A stretch of 64,000 bases of DNA from Scenedesmus sp. PABB004 (Eukaryota), in contig JABVCE010000032.1 in assembly GCA_014905635.1 (NCBI GenBank), positions 124,001 through 188,000 on the forward strand. Direction: 5' to 3'. Positions 1 to 12,516 of this stretch are shown here, piece by piece. Below the pieces are notes generated by a model. The model saw nothing but the letters and a program-made list of their open reading frames with translations. It had not been told where the DNA came from and made no database searches. A program made the translations under genes and the position numbers. Each line of letters starts with the position of its first letter. Position 1 is the first letter of the stretch.

Positions 1-761
1 GTGTGCGGCAACCACCTGCCGCGCCCGCTCACGACAATTGAGCGAAACATGGCCGTGGCTTTGCTTTCTGCATGCTTGATGCTGGAAATTTTGGGGTCAA
101 ATGCAATCGCCGCCGGCCGCACCGCAAAAAAGTCTGTGTTGATGTGGGCAGCGGTGCAGTTTATCTGGTCTGGGCAAGGCGTGTCATTGCAGTCGGCAAA
201 GATGCCGTCCACATCAGCATTGTGCATCGCTTCCAGCAGCCAAGTGTCATTGCGAATGATGACGTCAGGGTTGAGCCGGATCACCCAGTCAAACCCGTTA
301 AACCACCCTCTCGCGAGCGCCACATCCAAAGCCAGGATGGCACCTTCCTGGTAGCCTGGGTTGGTGTACTCGTGCAGCGTGACGGTGGTGTTGGGAAACG
401 TGCGCGCCAGCAGCTCTGCCCTTTCCGAGTAGCCGCAGCCCGTGGAGAAGACGGTCACCTGTGCAACGGAGCGCAGGAGCTTGGACCGCGCGATGGCCCC
501 CGGCCAGCAGCGCTTCAAGAACTGGACGTGGGAATCCGAGAATTGGGAGGTGACGTAGAGCGCAACGCGAGGGCTGCTGCTTTTTGTGAAGTTGTTGGTA
601 GTGTTGGTCGCGGGTGATCCGAGCTTCCATGCCGTGACTCTGAAAGACCAGGAAGGCTCTGCGGGAGCCCTGAGAACGTGCCACACCGCAGCCGTTGAGA
701 GCAAGGCGAATCCGAGCACGACAGCTAAGACCGTCGCCCTTGTGCTGGCGTCCGTGGACAT
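1..761 (-). CDS. Putative type II membrane glycosyltransferase-like protein, intronless, low GC, runs off the window (3' partial)
   Basis: Open frame from ATG 761 to the window edge, absent from the ORF track because it has no stop: MSTDASTRATVLAVVLGFALLSTAAVWHVL (TM) ... NPGYQEGAILALDVALARGWFNGFDWVIRLNPDVIIRND ... INTDFFAVRP; N-P-D at a GT-A DxD-like position. Confidence 0.6.
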   Translation of the reverse strand, partial: MSTDASTRATVLAVVLGFALLSTAAVWHVLRAPAEPSWSFRVTAWKLGSPATNTTNNFTKSSSPRVALYVTSQFSDSHVQFLKRCWPGAIARSKLLRSVAQVTVFSTGCGYSERAELLARTFPNTTVTLHEYTNPGYQEGAILALDVALARGWFNGFDWVIRLNPDVIIRNDTWLLEAMHNADVDGIFADCNDTPCPDQINCTAAHINTDFFAVRPAAIAFDPKISSIKHAESKATAMFRSIVVSGRGRWLPH

Positions 762-910
762 TTTTTCTTGGCGGGGCGATGTACTGCAAAATCCTTTTGT
801 AGTTGCGGAAATTCTTGTTGAATTATTCGGCGGTAAAGTGCCGGCCGACCTCGATAAAAACGTCAGGAGGGCAAAGTTGGCCCGGCAAACAGCCTGGTCG
901 CCAGCGCTCA

Positions 911-1922
911 GTCACCCGGTCACACAGTGCGATCCGACAGGCTGAAAAACATTCGGTCCTGTCGCAGGAGCGAGGCGCACGCTGGGCTGCTGCGGCAATC
1001 AATCGCAGGGCCAGCACAGAGCCAGGCAGAGTGCCCCAACGCCCGCGGCGCCGCACGCCACGGTCACAGCCACGGAGCCGTGACGCCGGCGATGGTCAGG
1101 GGGGCGGGCCGACGCGCGCCAGCACAATCGCGCGCCGCGCAGCGACTGCGCCGCGTGGCGGGCGGCCGTGCGGCGGGCGCACGGGCCCGGACAGCGGCGG
1201 CGCGCGTGCTGCGCGCCGCTGCACGTGGCGGCTGGCCCCCCCCAGCGCGCACCGGCGCTCTGCACCCTGGGGTAGGACGCCGGTCAGAACATCGCCAGCG
1301 CGAGCGCGGCCGCGAGCACGCTCAGCACGCCGGCGGAGGCGGCCGACGCGCCGCTCTGGGCGGGCGGGGCGGTGGTGGTGGGGATGGCGGTGGGCGCGCC
1401 GCCGTACGAGCCCGCGCTGCCCAGCGCCTCGGCCAGCAGCCTGCGCGCGGCGCGGGCGAGTCACGGGTGAGACGGGGGCGGGTGGGGCAGGCGCGCGCGC
1501 CGCGGGATTGGGCGCGGGCGTGTTCAGCGGCGGCGCGCCGCGGCGGCGGCCCCCAGCGGCGCGTGCCGCGCGCGCGCGCCTGGGCACGGGGTCGCTGACG
1601 GGCTGCAGCTCGTTCATCATCATGCTGTCCAGCGCCTCGTCCTGGCGCGCCGCCAGCGCGACCGCTGCGCTGCGGCTGCGGGGCGGTGACGCGGCGGGGA
1701 CGGGCACGGTCGCAGGCGCCGTCCCGCAGTCCGGGCGGGAGGAGCGCTCGCTGCGCCGCGCTCGCTGCCGGCCGGCCGGCGCCCGCCATCGCCGCGAGAG
1801 GCTGGCCGGCCGCGGCGCATTGCCGGGCGCCCGCGCCGGAGGTGGCGTCAGGCAGCCAGGCGCTCCGGGGGCGCCGCCCGATCGCCGCCCGCAGCGGCTG
1901 ACGGCGCGGGGCGGTAGGCGCA
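911..1922 (-). pseudogene. Direct duplicate of 3229-4250 (3' part and downstream region of the small secreted protein gene; lacks the signal-peptide start)
   Basis: Near-identical sequence starting GTCACCCGGTCACACAGTGCGATCCGACAGG at both 911 and 3229. Confidence 0.85.
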
Positions 1923-2085
1923 CCCCCGGGGGCGGCACCCGACTCAGCATTGCGTGAGCCGCCGCTGTTCAGCCGGCTGTAGCACGAGCAAGCCGGCCTC
2001 GGCGCTGCGGCAGCGCTGCAGGCCTGCTCGCTACGCAACGCTCTCGCGCGCCAACACAGAGACGGACGCAGCCGCGCGCCGCGCG

Positions 2086-3190
2086 ATGCTGCGCGCCGCG
2101 CTGCTCTACGGCGGCGCCAACCTCGTGAGCGTGGTGCTCATCGTCGTGGCCAACAAGGTCATCCTGGGGACGCTGGGCTTCCGCTTCCCCATCTGCCTGA
2201 CCTGGCTGCACAGCGCCGTGACGTGGGCGGGGCTGCAGGCGATGGCGCGGGGCGGCGTGTTTGAGCCGCAGCACGTGCCGCTGCAGCACTCGCTGCCCAT
2301 CGCGGCCGCGTACACCGGGTTCATCGCCTTCAGCAACATCAGGTGCGGGCGCGTGCGTGTGCGCAGGCAGCAGCGGCGGACAGCGGCGCCAGCGCCAGCG
2401 GCGGCGCGCCTCCGGAGGCGCCAGCCGGCAGCGCCAGCCAGTGGTGGTGGGACCGGGCACCAGCAGCGCCCGCCCGCTCGCAACCGCCCTGCCACACCGC
2501 CGCGCCACCGCCGCCCCCACCTCTGCCAGCATCCACATCAACACCGTCGGCTTCTTCCAGATCACCAAGATCATCTGCACGCCCGCTGTCGCCGCGGCGG
2601 AGTACGTGCTGTACGGCAAGCCCGTGGGCGCGCAAAAGGCGGGCGCGATCGCCGTGCTCGTGCTCGGCATCTGCGTCGCGACGGCGACCGACAGCGCGGT
2701 TGCCAGCAACCTGCCGGGCTGCCTCGTGGCGGCCGCGCAGGTCGTCAGCAGCGTCATGTACGCCGTGTGGGCGGGGTACAAGCAGAAGCAGCTCGGCGTG
2801 AGCGCCAACGCGCTGCTGCACCAGGTCTCGCCGCTCGCGGTGCTCCTGCTCGCGGCGCTGGTCGCGGCGCTGGAGCCGGTCGGCTGGCGCGCGCGCGACC
2901 CCGCGTCCATCCTCGGCTATGACTACACGCCCCGCGCGGTCGGCTGGATCGGCCTGAGCTCGGTGCTGGGGCTCGCGGTGACGCTGAGCACCTACCTCTT
3001 CATCGGCGCGACGTCGCCCACGACCTACAGCGTGGTGGGCAACCTCAAGACGCTCTGCATCCTCGCGGCGGGCATGCTGCTGTTCGGGGACGAGCTGTCG
3101 CTGAAAAAGGGCGCCGGGCTGGTGTGCGCGATGGCGGGCATCGTGTGGTACAGCCGCGCGGAGCTGCAGGCGCAGGCAACAAAGACGTGA
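2086..3190 (+). CDS. Nucleotide-sugar transporter, TPT/NST family (UXT/URGT-like); 2 exons, intron 2343-2529
   Basis: NLVSVVLIVVANKVIL, FRFPICLTWLH, SNIS|IHINTVGFFQITKI, IGATSPTTYSVVGNLKT motifs; GT-AG intron restores the frame. Confidence 0.9.
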
Positions 3191-3600
3191 CCCGCTGCGG
3201 CTAAAGGGCGGGGGAGCGAGCGAGCTGGGTCACCCGGTCACACAGTGCGATCCGACAGGCTGAAAAACATTCGGTCCTGTCGCAGGAGCGAGGCGCACGC
3301 TGGGCTGCTGCGGCAATCAATCGCAGGGCCAGCACAGAGCCAGGCAGAGTGCCCCAACGCCCGCGGCGCCGCACGCCACGGTCACAGCCACGGAGCCGTG
3401 ACGCCGGCGATGGTCAGGGGGGCGAGCCGACGCGCGCCAGCACAATCGCGCGCCGCGCAGCGACTGCGCCGCGTGGCGGGCGGCCGTGCGGCGGGCGCAC
3501 GGGCCCGGCCAGCGGCGGCGCGCGTGCTGCGCGCCGCTGCACGTGGCGGCTGGCCCCCCCAGCGCGCACCGGCGCTCTGCACCCTGGGGTAGGACGCCGG

Positions 3601-4400
3601 TCAGAACATCGCCAGCGCGAGCGCGGCCGCGAGCACGCTCAGCACGCCGGCGGAGGCGGCCGACGCGCCGCTCTGGGCGGGCGGGGCGGTGGTGGTGGGG
3701 ATGGCGGTGGGCGCGCCGCCGTACGAGCCCGCGCTGCCCAGCGCCTCGGCCAGCAGCCTGCGCGCGGCGCGGGCGAGTCACGGGTGAGACGGGGGCGGGT
3801 GGGGCAGGCGCGCGCGCCGCGGGATTGGGCGCAGGCGTGTTCAGCGGCGGCGCGCCGCGGCGGCGGCCCCCAGCGGCGCGTGCCGCGCGCGCGCGCCTGG
3901 GCACGGGGTCGCTGACGGGCTGCAGCTCGTTCATCATCATGCTGTCCAGCGCCTCGTCCTGGCGCGCCGCCAGCGCGACCGCTGCGGGGCGGCGGGGCGG
4001 TGACGCCGTCAGCGGCGCGCGGTGGGGACGGGCACGGTGGCAGGCGCCATCCCGCAGTCCGGGCGGGAGGAGCGCTCGCTGCGCCGCGCTCGCTGCCGGC
4101 CGGCCGGCGCCCGCCATCGCCGCGAGAGGCTGGCCGGCCGCGGCGCATTGCCGGGCGCCCGCGCCGGAGGTGGCGTCAGGCAGCCAGGCGCTCCGGGGGC
4201 GCCGCCCGATCGCCGCCCGCAGCGGCTGACGGCGCGGGGCGGCAGGCGCAGCGCCTCGTGCTCGGCAGTTTTCCCCACGCGCCCCGGGCCCCGCTGCCAC
4301 CGCTGCCAGCGGCTATGGCCGGCGTGATCCGGCGGGGCAGCGGCGCCGCGGCCGCACCCGCGCAGCAGGCCAGCAGGGTGAGCACAACAATCAGCTTCAT
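3601..4400 (-). CDS. Small secreted, possibly GPI-anchored protein (multi-exon; internal structure partly uncertain)
   Basis: Signal peptide MKLIVVLTLLACCAGAAA; exons AVALAARQDEALDSMMMNELQPVSDPVPR|LLAEALGSAGSYGGAPTAIPTTTAPPAQSGASAASAGVLSVLAAALALAMF*; the diverged copy near 54.8-55.2 kb shows conservative substitutions. Confidence 0.6.
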
Positions 4401-4555
4401 CGCGAGCGGCGTGCGGTGGGGAGGGCGGACAGGCGACGCCGAAGCTGGCCAGAGGTGATGGAGAGTGTGGCGCTCGCGAACAGCGGGCGGGGTTGAACTT
4501 GAGCTGCGGCAGCAAACCCGCATCGGGTTACACAGCGCTTTGCGCGCCGCCGGCC

Positions 4556-4997
4556 GCGCTGGCGCGGGCCCCGGCGTGCGCGGCGTGAGCGACGGGGCGC
4601 ACTGACGCACACGCTCGCACCGCAGGGAGCAGCTGGCCAGGCTGGGGCTGCGCGAGGCCCTGGCCAGGCTGCAGTCGGCGTCCGGCGGCGACACCACGCT
4701 GCTGCGCTACATCGCGCGCGCGCAGGCCAAGCTGGGGGCGGCGGTGCCGCGTAGGCGCCGCGCGGGCCGCCGGGCGGCGCGGCCGGAGCCGAAAGCCCTG
4801 CTCCGAACCCCGCCGCCGCTCAGGCAAACGCCGAGCGCCGCCGTCGCGCCAGTCCGCCGCTCGTCCGCCGCCGCCAGCGCCCGCGCACCACCTGGCCGCC
4901 TGCCGCGGCACCCCGGGGCGCTGCCCGCGGGGCGCCCGCGGCGCGATGGCCGAGGAGGGCGGGGACGCCGCGCCCGGCGCCGCCGACCGGCCGGCCT
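4556..4997 (+). pseudogene. Copy of about 18863-19298: last exon of the FUSED kinase, intergenic DNA and first codons of the invertase
   Basis: [37 protein letters not shown] and ATGGCCGAGGAGGGCGGGGACGCC match the 18.9-19.3 kb region. Confidence 0.85.
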
Positions 4998-5066
4998 GCC
5001 CTGGCCGCTTCCCAGGCGCGCAGCGCGCGCGCACGCCGCACACGGCAGCACTGCCGCCAAGCGTTG

Positions 5067-7051
5067 TCAGCTCGCGGCGCCGAGCTCGTCGCTGGCGTGG
5101 TGGTGCTTCGCACCGCCAAGCTGATGCGCCGCGGCGGCGGCGTGCCGCGCGACCGCGCGCCGCAGGCGCAGCTGGCACAGCGCGGCCGCGACGAGGAAGG
5201 CGCTGCAGAGCGCAAAGATGCGGCCGAGCGGGAGGTCGCTGACCCTCCAAAGAATGGCGCACACAAAGAGGTTGAGCGGGACGCGGAAGAGGTTGATGAT
5301 GGTGCTGCGCTGCGCCTCGGGCACGTGGCGCGCGCGCAGCGTCATCATGCTGGGCCAAAACATGCCGATGAGCACCTCGAACAGGCAGAACGCCAGCAGC
5401 TGCACCCCGCCCGCCGCGCCCAGCTCGCCCCGGACCGGATCATCGCCGCCGCCGCCGCCGCCGCTGCGGTCCGGCGCGCTGCGGTGCGCGAGCGTCCCGT
5501 TGCCCGGCTCCAGCACCCGCCACGCGTGCCGGACGCCCCCGCTCGCGCCTGCAGCCGGCGCAGCGGCGGCAGCCAGCGCGGCGCACAGGGGCGTGAGGGC
5601 TGGTGCGCGGCCCGGCGGCGGCCGCGCTGCGAGAGCCGCTCTCACCGGGCGGCTGCATGTGGAAGGCAGCGGGCACAGACAGGCAGGCCGCCGAGCACCA
5701 AAACACCGCCTGCGTGGCGAGGCCGGCCGCGCGTGCGTGGCGTCGGGCCGGGGACGGCGGGCGGCGGCCGAGACGGCGGGCGGCGGGCGGCGGGCGGCGG
5801 CCGAGACGGCGGGCGGCGGCCGAGAGGCGTGGCGCCCGCTCTCCAACAAACCCCAACCCACCTGCATCATCGCCTCCAGCCCCACCACGCGCAGCAGGCG
5901 GCCCGCCAGCGCCGTGCCGAGCAGCGAGGCGGTCATGAAGGTGGCAAAGATGAAGCCGTGCGGCAGCCGCTGCCCCCGCGGGCTCAGCGCGGGCGTCCAG
6001 AGGAAGACAAAAACGTACATCGACGCCTCGAACAGCGCCTGGCTCGCGCCCAGCAGCCAGACGCGCTCGTCTGCGGCGCGCGCGGCGCACCGCGGCAGCG
6101 TGGCGGGACGGCTCATCGCAAGGCCCAAGGCGCGGCGGCGCCAGAAATGCGCAGCCAAAATGCGCACCTTGGTGGATGGCGCGCAGCGCCGCCGCAAACT
6201 GCGCCCGCAGCGCCCCGGGCGCGGCCGCGCGGTCGCCGTAGTTCTCGCCCCACGTCGCCGCGACGACCGCGCCGCCGGCGAGGAGGAGCGCGGCGGCCGC
6301 ATCAAAGGGTGCGACGGGCCCAGCCACCCCCACGAGCGCGTCGCCGGCGAGCCCCGCGGCGATGGCAGTGAGCCCGTTGCCGACAAGCACGGCGCGCGTG
6401 AACGTGTCGGCCAGCAGCGTGGGCGGGAAGCCCGCGCCCGCGTGCGCGGCGACCGCCCAGCTCTCGAACACCGAGCACAGCAGCGACGTCGCCACGCCGC
6501 CCAGCAGGCGGCCCAGCAGCAGCGTCCAGTAGCTGCGGCTGTGCTTGGTGAGGCAGGAGAGCGCGTAGGTCGCGACGTAGGCGAGCGCGGCGCGCTTGCG
6601 CCCCCTGCGACGCGCGCGCGGCCGGGGCGGTCGTGGGCGCGCGCCGGAGCTCCTGTGCCGGCCGGCACCCCCCTCCTCGCCGCCCACACCGTCGGTCGGC
6701 GAGCGCGCCCGCGAGCGTGCCGAGCACCGCCGACGAGGCAAAGCCGGCGACGAAGAGGCGGCCGATGTCGCGCACGCCGAAGCCGTAGTGCTCGTACAGC
6801 GCGTAGACGTAGGGCCCCTGCAGCCAGTCGCCGCCCATCATGAGGCTGAACACCAGCACGTAATTTGCGCGCCAGCGCTTCTGAGCGGCCGTCCACGCGC
6901 CGCGTTCGCTGATCTCGCTGCCGACGGCCGCCGCCAGCGCGCAGCGAGGAGCGCCCGCGCGGCCGCCGCCGCGCCAGGCCGCCAGCTCCAGCGCCGCCGT
7001 TGGCAGCGCGAAGGCGCAGAAGAGGGCGGCGTAGAAGAGGCGCTCCTCCAT
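5067..7051 (-). CDS. MOT2: MFS molybdate-anion transporter (MOT2/MFSD5 family), multi-exon
   Basis: YVLVFSLMMGGDWLQGPYVYALY, GRLLGGVATSLLCSVFESW, QALFEASMYVFVFLWTPAL, IINLFRVPLNLFV. Confidence 0.9.
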
Positions 7052-7385
7052 GCCGCTCGGCCGCGCGGGCGGGCGCGGCGTCGCTGCTGCCGCCGCCGCG
7101 CGGCGGCGTGCGCTACGGCGCCGCCCGGCGCCACGACAAGGAGGTGAGCATCGCGTCGGTCATCGTGGCGGGTCTGGAGCACGCGGCGCCGGCGATGCGG
7201 GGGCAGCGGCGGCGGGCGGCGGTTGAGCGCACGCTGTTCCTTTTTTGCTTGCTTCCTTGAACGGCTGCGCGTCCAGTCCTTCCCGAAACGGCGAGAGCGC
7301 AGCCGCTGCAGCAACCGTCAGCCGCCGCGCGGGGCGGCCGCTGCGCCGGCGGTTGCCGCCGCTGCAGCGCGCGCGCCGGGCCGCC

Positions 7386-10300
7386 ATGGACGGGGCCGAG
7401 GTGCGCTGCGGGCGCAGCCGCTGCCCGCAACGCCGCTGCCAGCGGCCCAGCCGCCGCACCACCGCCGCCGCCGTCGCCAGGCGGAGCGCGCGCCGACGCC
7501 GAGCGGCGCCGCGCGGTCGAGCATCGCCGCCAAGCCGCGCGGCGAGCTGGAGGAGCTGGTGGTCGGCCTGCTCAAGACGCTCAAGCAGCGCGACGCGCAG
7601 GCGCAGGAGGCGGCCCGGCAGCTGGACGAGCTGCGCGCGGAGCGCGGCCGCCTGACCGACGAGCTGGCCGCCGCGCGGCAGCAGGGCGCTGCACAACGGG
7701 GCGCCTCGCCGCCGCGCTCAGACGAAGAGCAGGAGCCGGCCGACTGCCGCTGCCGGTGCGCGCACGAGCTGGCGGCCGCGCGGGCCGAGCTGGCGCGGCT
7801 GGCCGGCGAGCTTGCCGGCGCGGGCGCGGCGGCCGCCGCCGCCCGGTCGGAGCTCGCCGACGCGAAGAAGCGGTTTGTGCTGGTCGCGAAGCGCAAGCAG
7901 GCGGAGCACGGCGCGGCAATCGAGCAGCTCGAGGCCGCGCTCGCCGCGGCCACGGCGGCGGCGCCGGGGGCGCGGCGCCCGAGCGCGCGGCGGCGCCCGT
8001 GCCGCCGCCGCCGAGCGAGCAGCTGGCGGCGCTCAAGGCGCAGCTGGCGGAGGCGGCCGCCGACCGGGCGGAGGCGGGCATGCAGGCGCAGGCGCAGGCG
8101 CGGCGGCTGCAGCAGCTGCAGGCCGCGCTGGACGGCGCGGCGCAGCAGCTCAGGGAGGCGGACGCGGCTGCCCTGGCGGGCAAGGAGGCGGCGGCGGCGC
8201 ACCTGGCGCACATCACGGTGAGCGCTGTGTGTGTGCCAGCCGGCAGCCCCCCCCCCCCCCCGAAAGCCACCTGCTGCCGCCCTCCTCCTCGCCAGGCTCA
8301 GCACGAGCAGCGCGTGGCGCACCTGACGCGCCGCCTGGAGGCGAGCGAGGCGCAGGCGCAGGCGCTGGGAGGCCAGCTGACCGCTGCCGAGCTGGCAGCG
8401 GCCAGCGCCAGCAGTGCCGCAAGCAGTGCTGCCGCCTTGGCGAGCGACGAGCTTGCTGCCGCGCGGCAGGAGGCCGCCGCAGCGGCCCAGCAGCTGCAGG
8501 CCGCCGCTCGGGAGTGGGAGGCAGAGAGTGCCAAGTGAGTGCACGCTGGCGCGCGCGTTGGCAGTGGGGGCTGCCTCAGCCGTGCTGCCTCGCTCACGCG
8601 CGAGTTGAGCACGTGCTCCGACTCCGCTCCCACCCCTCCCGGCAGGCTTCATGCAGCGCTGGACGAGGCGCGGCGTGGTGCCGTCGAGGTCGACAGCGCG
8701 CGCTCTGCAGCGGACGCGGCCGCCGCCGTCCTGCGCAGCCAGCTGGAGGCGGAGCGCGACTCGGCTCGTTGCGAGGTGTGAGGGCAGGGCTGTGTGGCAG
8801 CAGCACCGCCGCCCAGCGCTAGCGCGTGGCTGTGCAGCTGGCGGCAACGCGCCGCTGCCGCCCGCCCGCCCGCCCGCTCCTGCGCGCCAGGTCCGGGCGG
8901 CGCAGCAGCAGCTGGACGCATGCCGTGCGCAGCTGGCGCAGCTGGAGGCGGACGCGCGCGACTACCGCTCCCGAGCGCAGGTGGGCCAGGCCGGTCGCCT
9001 GCTGGTCGCGAGTGGCTTGGCGGCTGAGCGCCGCGCGCGCTCATCTCCGCACCCTGCGATTGCAGGCCCTGCTGCGGGCCAAGGACGCAGAGGTCGCCGC
9101 GTCCAGGGGGGAGGCGCCCGCTGCTGCTGCAGCAATCGATGGGGGCCAAGGCGGCGGCGACACGGCCAACCTCCACGCCGAAGTCAGCAGGCTGCAGCAG
9201 CTGCTGGAGGTGGCAGCGCAGGCCGCGCAGGTGCAGCTGCAGCAGCAGCAGCAGGAGCAGCAGCAGCAGGTGCGGGGGCCGGCGGCGAGTGGTTTGGCGG
9301 CCAATCAGCCAGCGCGGCGGCGACCAGTGCGCTGCCGCCCCTGCCGCGTCGGTGTGGACGTGCCCGCGCGCGCGGCCGTCCGCCCCGCCCGGCGCAGGTT
9401 AGGACGCTGGAGCTGCAGCTCGTGCAGGCCAGGAGCACAGCGAGCCACCACGAGCAGCTGGCGCAGGAGGCGCACGCGAGCCTGGCGGAGACGCGCGCGG
9501 CGCTGGCGGCGGCGGGCGAAGAGCTGACGGCGGCCAAGGCCCGCCTGCTGCGCGCCGCGCGGCCACCGCCGGCGGAGCGCGCCAGCAGCACGGCGTCTGA
9601 TGATGGAGCGTCCGCGGTGGTGGAGGAGCTGACACAGGAGCGCGCCGCGCTGCTGGCGCAGCTGCGAGCGCTGCAGGTGCGGCCGCCGCCAGGCGCGAGC
9701 GCGGCCCCGGCGCCTGCACCGCAGCTCAGCCGCCGCCTCGGGGCGGCCCGCACCGGTGAGCTGGCCTGCCTGCTGTTCACACTCTCTACCTCACGCGCAT
9801 GTTCAGAACGAACACACCGCCTTCCGTGCCACGAGCGAGGCGGTGCTGGAGGCCAAGGACGGCGAGCTGCTCAGCGCGGTGCGCCAGAACGCGGCGCTGC
9901 GCGAGGAGCTCGACGGCCTGCGCCGGCGCTGCCCGCCCGCGCCGGGCGGCGCCGCCGCAGGCGCGCCTGCGGCCGGCGGCGCGTGGGTCGGCGCGGCGAG
10001 TGCGTTCCTTGGCACTGGCGGCAGCAGCGGCGGCGGCGGCGGCGGCGCGGCGTCCGCGCACAGCCCCAGCGCCGCGGCGCGGGGAGGCAGCGAGCGGCAG
10101 CTCAATGTGTTTGCGCCCTCGGAGCCGGACCTGCTCGAGTCCATCTTTGCCGACGGCGACGCTGGGCCCGCCGACGCAGGCGCCGAAGCATCCGTGGCGC
10201 TGCTGACCGGCGGCGGCAACGACGCTGCGGCCTCGCTGGTCGGGCCGGCCGCGCGGCACGCGGCGCGCGAGCAGGAGCTCGTGGCGGAGGTGCGCGAGCT

Positions 10301-10682
10301 CGAGCGCGAGCTGGCGCTGCGTGACGAGGTCCTGGCCGCGCTCAAGGCCGCCGTGCGCGAGGCAGAGGCAGCGGCGGCGCGCGCCGCCGCGGCGGGCCGG
10401 CCTGACTCGTTTGAGTACCTCAAGTCGTGCGTGCTGCAGCTGTACGTGACGGACGAGGCAGGCGCGCTGCTGCCGGTCTTTGCGCAGCTCCTTGCCTTCT
10501 CCCCCGACGAGCTCGCGCGCGCACGCAACGGCCTCGAGCGGCTGCGCGGCGCTGCTGCCGGCGACCCGCCGCTGCCGGGCGCGGCGGCGGTGGTCGACTC
10601 GGCGAGCGCCGCGCTCGCGGCGTGGACGGCCTGGGCGCTGGGCGGCGGCGGCGGCGGCGGCGGCGGCGGCAACAAGGCCTGA
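7386..10682 (+). CDS. Coiled-coil golgin with C-terminal GRIP domain, multi-exon
   Basis: Long heptad-rich exons; GRIP motif SFEYLKSCVLQLYVTDEAGALLPVFAQLLAFSPDELARA; one apparent 1-nt indel in a G run near 7968. Confidence 0.8.
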
Positions 10683-10714
10683 GCGTGCGGCGTCGTGAGT
10701 GCGGCAGGCGGGCT

Positions 10715-11610
10715 CCAGGACCTCGTCGCGCAGCGCCAGCTCGCGCTCGAGCTCGCGCACCTCTGCCTCCTGCTCGCGCGCCGCGTGCCGCGCGGCCGGC
10801 CCGACCAGCGAGGCTGCGGCATTGGCGCCGCTGCCGTCCAGCAGCGCCACAGATGCTCCGGCGCCCGCGTCGGCGAGCCCCGGGTCGCCGTCGGCAAAGA
10901 TGGACTCGAGCAGGTCCGGCTCCGAGGGCGCAAACACGGCGAGCTGCCGCTCGCTGCCGCCCCGCGCCGCTGCGCTGGGGCTGTGCGCGGACGCCGCGCC
11001 GCCGTTGCCGCCGCCGCTGCCGCCAGTGCCAAGGAACGCGCCCGCCGTGCCCACCCACGCGCCGCCGGCCGCAGGCGCGCCTGCGCCGCCGCCCGGCGCG
11101 GGCGGGCAGCGCCGGCGCAGGCCGTCGAGCTCCTCGTGCAGCGCCGCGTTCTCGCGCACCGCGCTGAGCAGCTCGCCGTCCTTGGCCTCCAGCACCGCCT
11201 CGCTCGTGGCACGGAAGGCCGTGTGTTCGTTCTGCACATGCGCGTGAGGTAGAGACTGTGAACAGCAGGCATGCCAGCTCACCGGTGCGGGCCACCCCGA
11301 GGCGGTTGCTGAGCTGCCGAGCAGGCGCCGGGGCCGCGCTCGCGCCGGGCGGCGGCCGCACCTGCAGCGCTCGCAGCTGCGCCAGCAGCGCGGCGCGCTC
11401 CTGTGCCAGCTCCTCCACCACCGCGGCCGCTCCGCCAGCAGGCGTCGTGCCGCTGGCGCGCTCCGCCGGCGGCGGCCGCTCGGCGGGCCTTGGCCGCCGT
11501 CAGCTGCTCCTCCGACGCCGCCAGCGCCGCGCGCGCCTCCCCCAGGCTGGCGTGCGCCTCCTGCGCCAGCTGCTCGTGGCGGCCTGCAGCTGCGCCTCCA
11601 GCGCACGTGG
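10715..11610 (-). pseudogene. Inverted partial copy of golgin region about 9400-10336, intron retained
   Basis: Reverse complement encodes NEHTAFRATSEAVLEAKDGELLSAVRENAAL...ELALRDEVL, with small deletions. Confidence 0.9.
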
Positions 11611-11932
11611 GAGCGCGCCGCCGGCGGCGACCGCGTGGCGGCGGCTGCTGCACGCGCTGACGGGCCTTGACCGCGTCCAGCGGGTCCCGCGGCCTGCCAG
11701 CGCCCGTGCGTGCCTCCTGCGAGCCCTGCGCCAAGTAACATGCCGATCGCGGCAATGTGCGCGCTCGCTGTGCACGCATTTGCCGTCGAAGCGTACCCGG
11801 CTAGCAGCTCCCGCGGCAACAGGCAGCATCGGCGGGGCGGGAGCAGCAGCAGCAGCAGCAGCACCGCCGGCCCGGGCTGCGCGCCGCCCAATTGCGCCTG
11901 GCGTCGCGCCTGGTTCGCTCTCCTTGCGTCAC

Positions 11933-12516
11933 ATGGCGCTAGCCTCGCTGGGCAGGCGCGCCGCGCCCAGCAGCGGCGGCGCGGCCCGCCGCAGCAGCGC
12001 GGCGCCCACGGCGGGGCCGGCAGCGCGGCGCGCCACCGCCCTGGCGCGTTCGCACAAGGTGGAGGTGCAGCACCAGGGCGCCACCTACACGCTGGACGTG
12101 CCGGAGGGCCGGAGCATTCTGGAGGTCGCGCTCGACGCGGGCATCGACCTCCCGCACGACTGCAAGCTCGGCGTCTGCATGACCTGCCCCGCCAAGCTGG
12201 TGCGTGCTGCGTGCGGGCGGTGCTGCAAGGCCGCGGCGGCGGCACCGAGCCGCCGGCACCGCGCCGCCGAGCCGCGTGCGCCGCGCAGGTGTCGGGCACG
12301 GTCGACCAGTCAGGCTCGATGCTCAGCGACGACGTTGCCGCCAAGGGCTACGCGCTGCTGTGCATGGCGCAGCCGCAGAGCGACGTCAAGATCATGACCG
12401 TGAGCGAGGTGCGTGGTGGCGCGCGCGCTCGGGGCTGCGCCGGGTGCGGGCGCAGCTCAACGCGTGCTGCCGCCGCCGCGCAGGAGGAGCTGCTGGACGA
12501 GCAGCTGTGCGCGTGA
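11933..12516 (+). CDS. Plastid 2Fe-2S ferredoxin, FdC1/FDX4 type; 3 exons
   Basis: Transit peptide followed by LPHDCKLGVCMTCPAKL|VSGTVDQSGSMLSDDVAAKGYALLCMAQPQSD...|EELLDEQLCA*. Confidence 0.9.
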
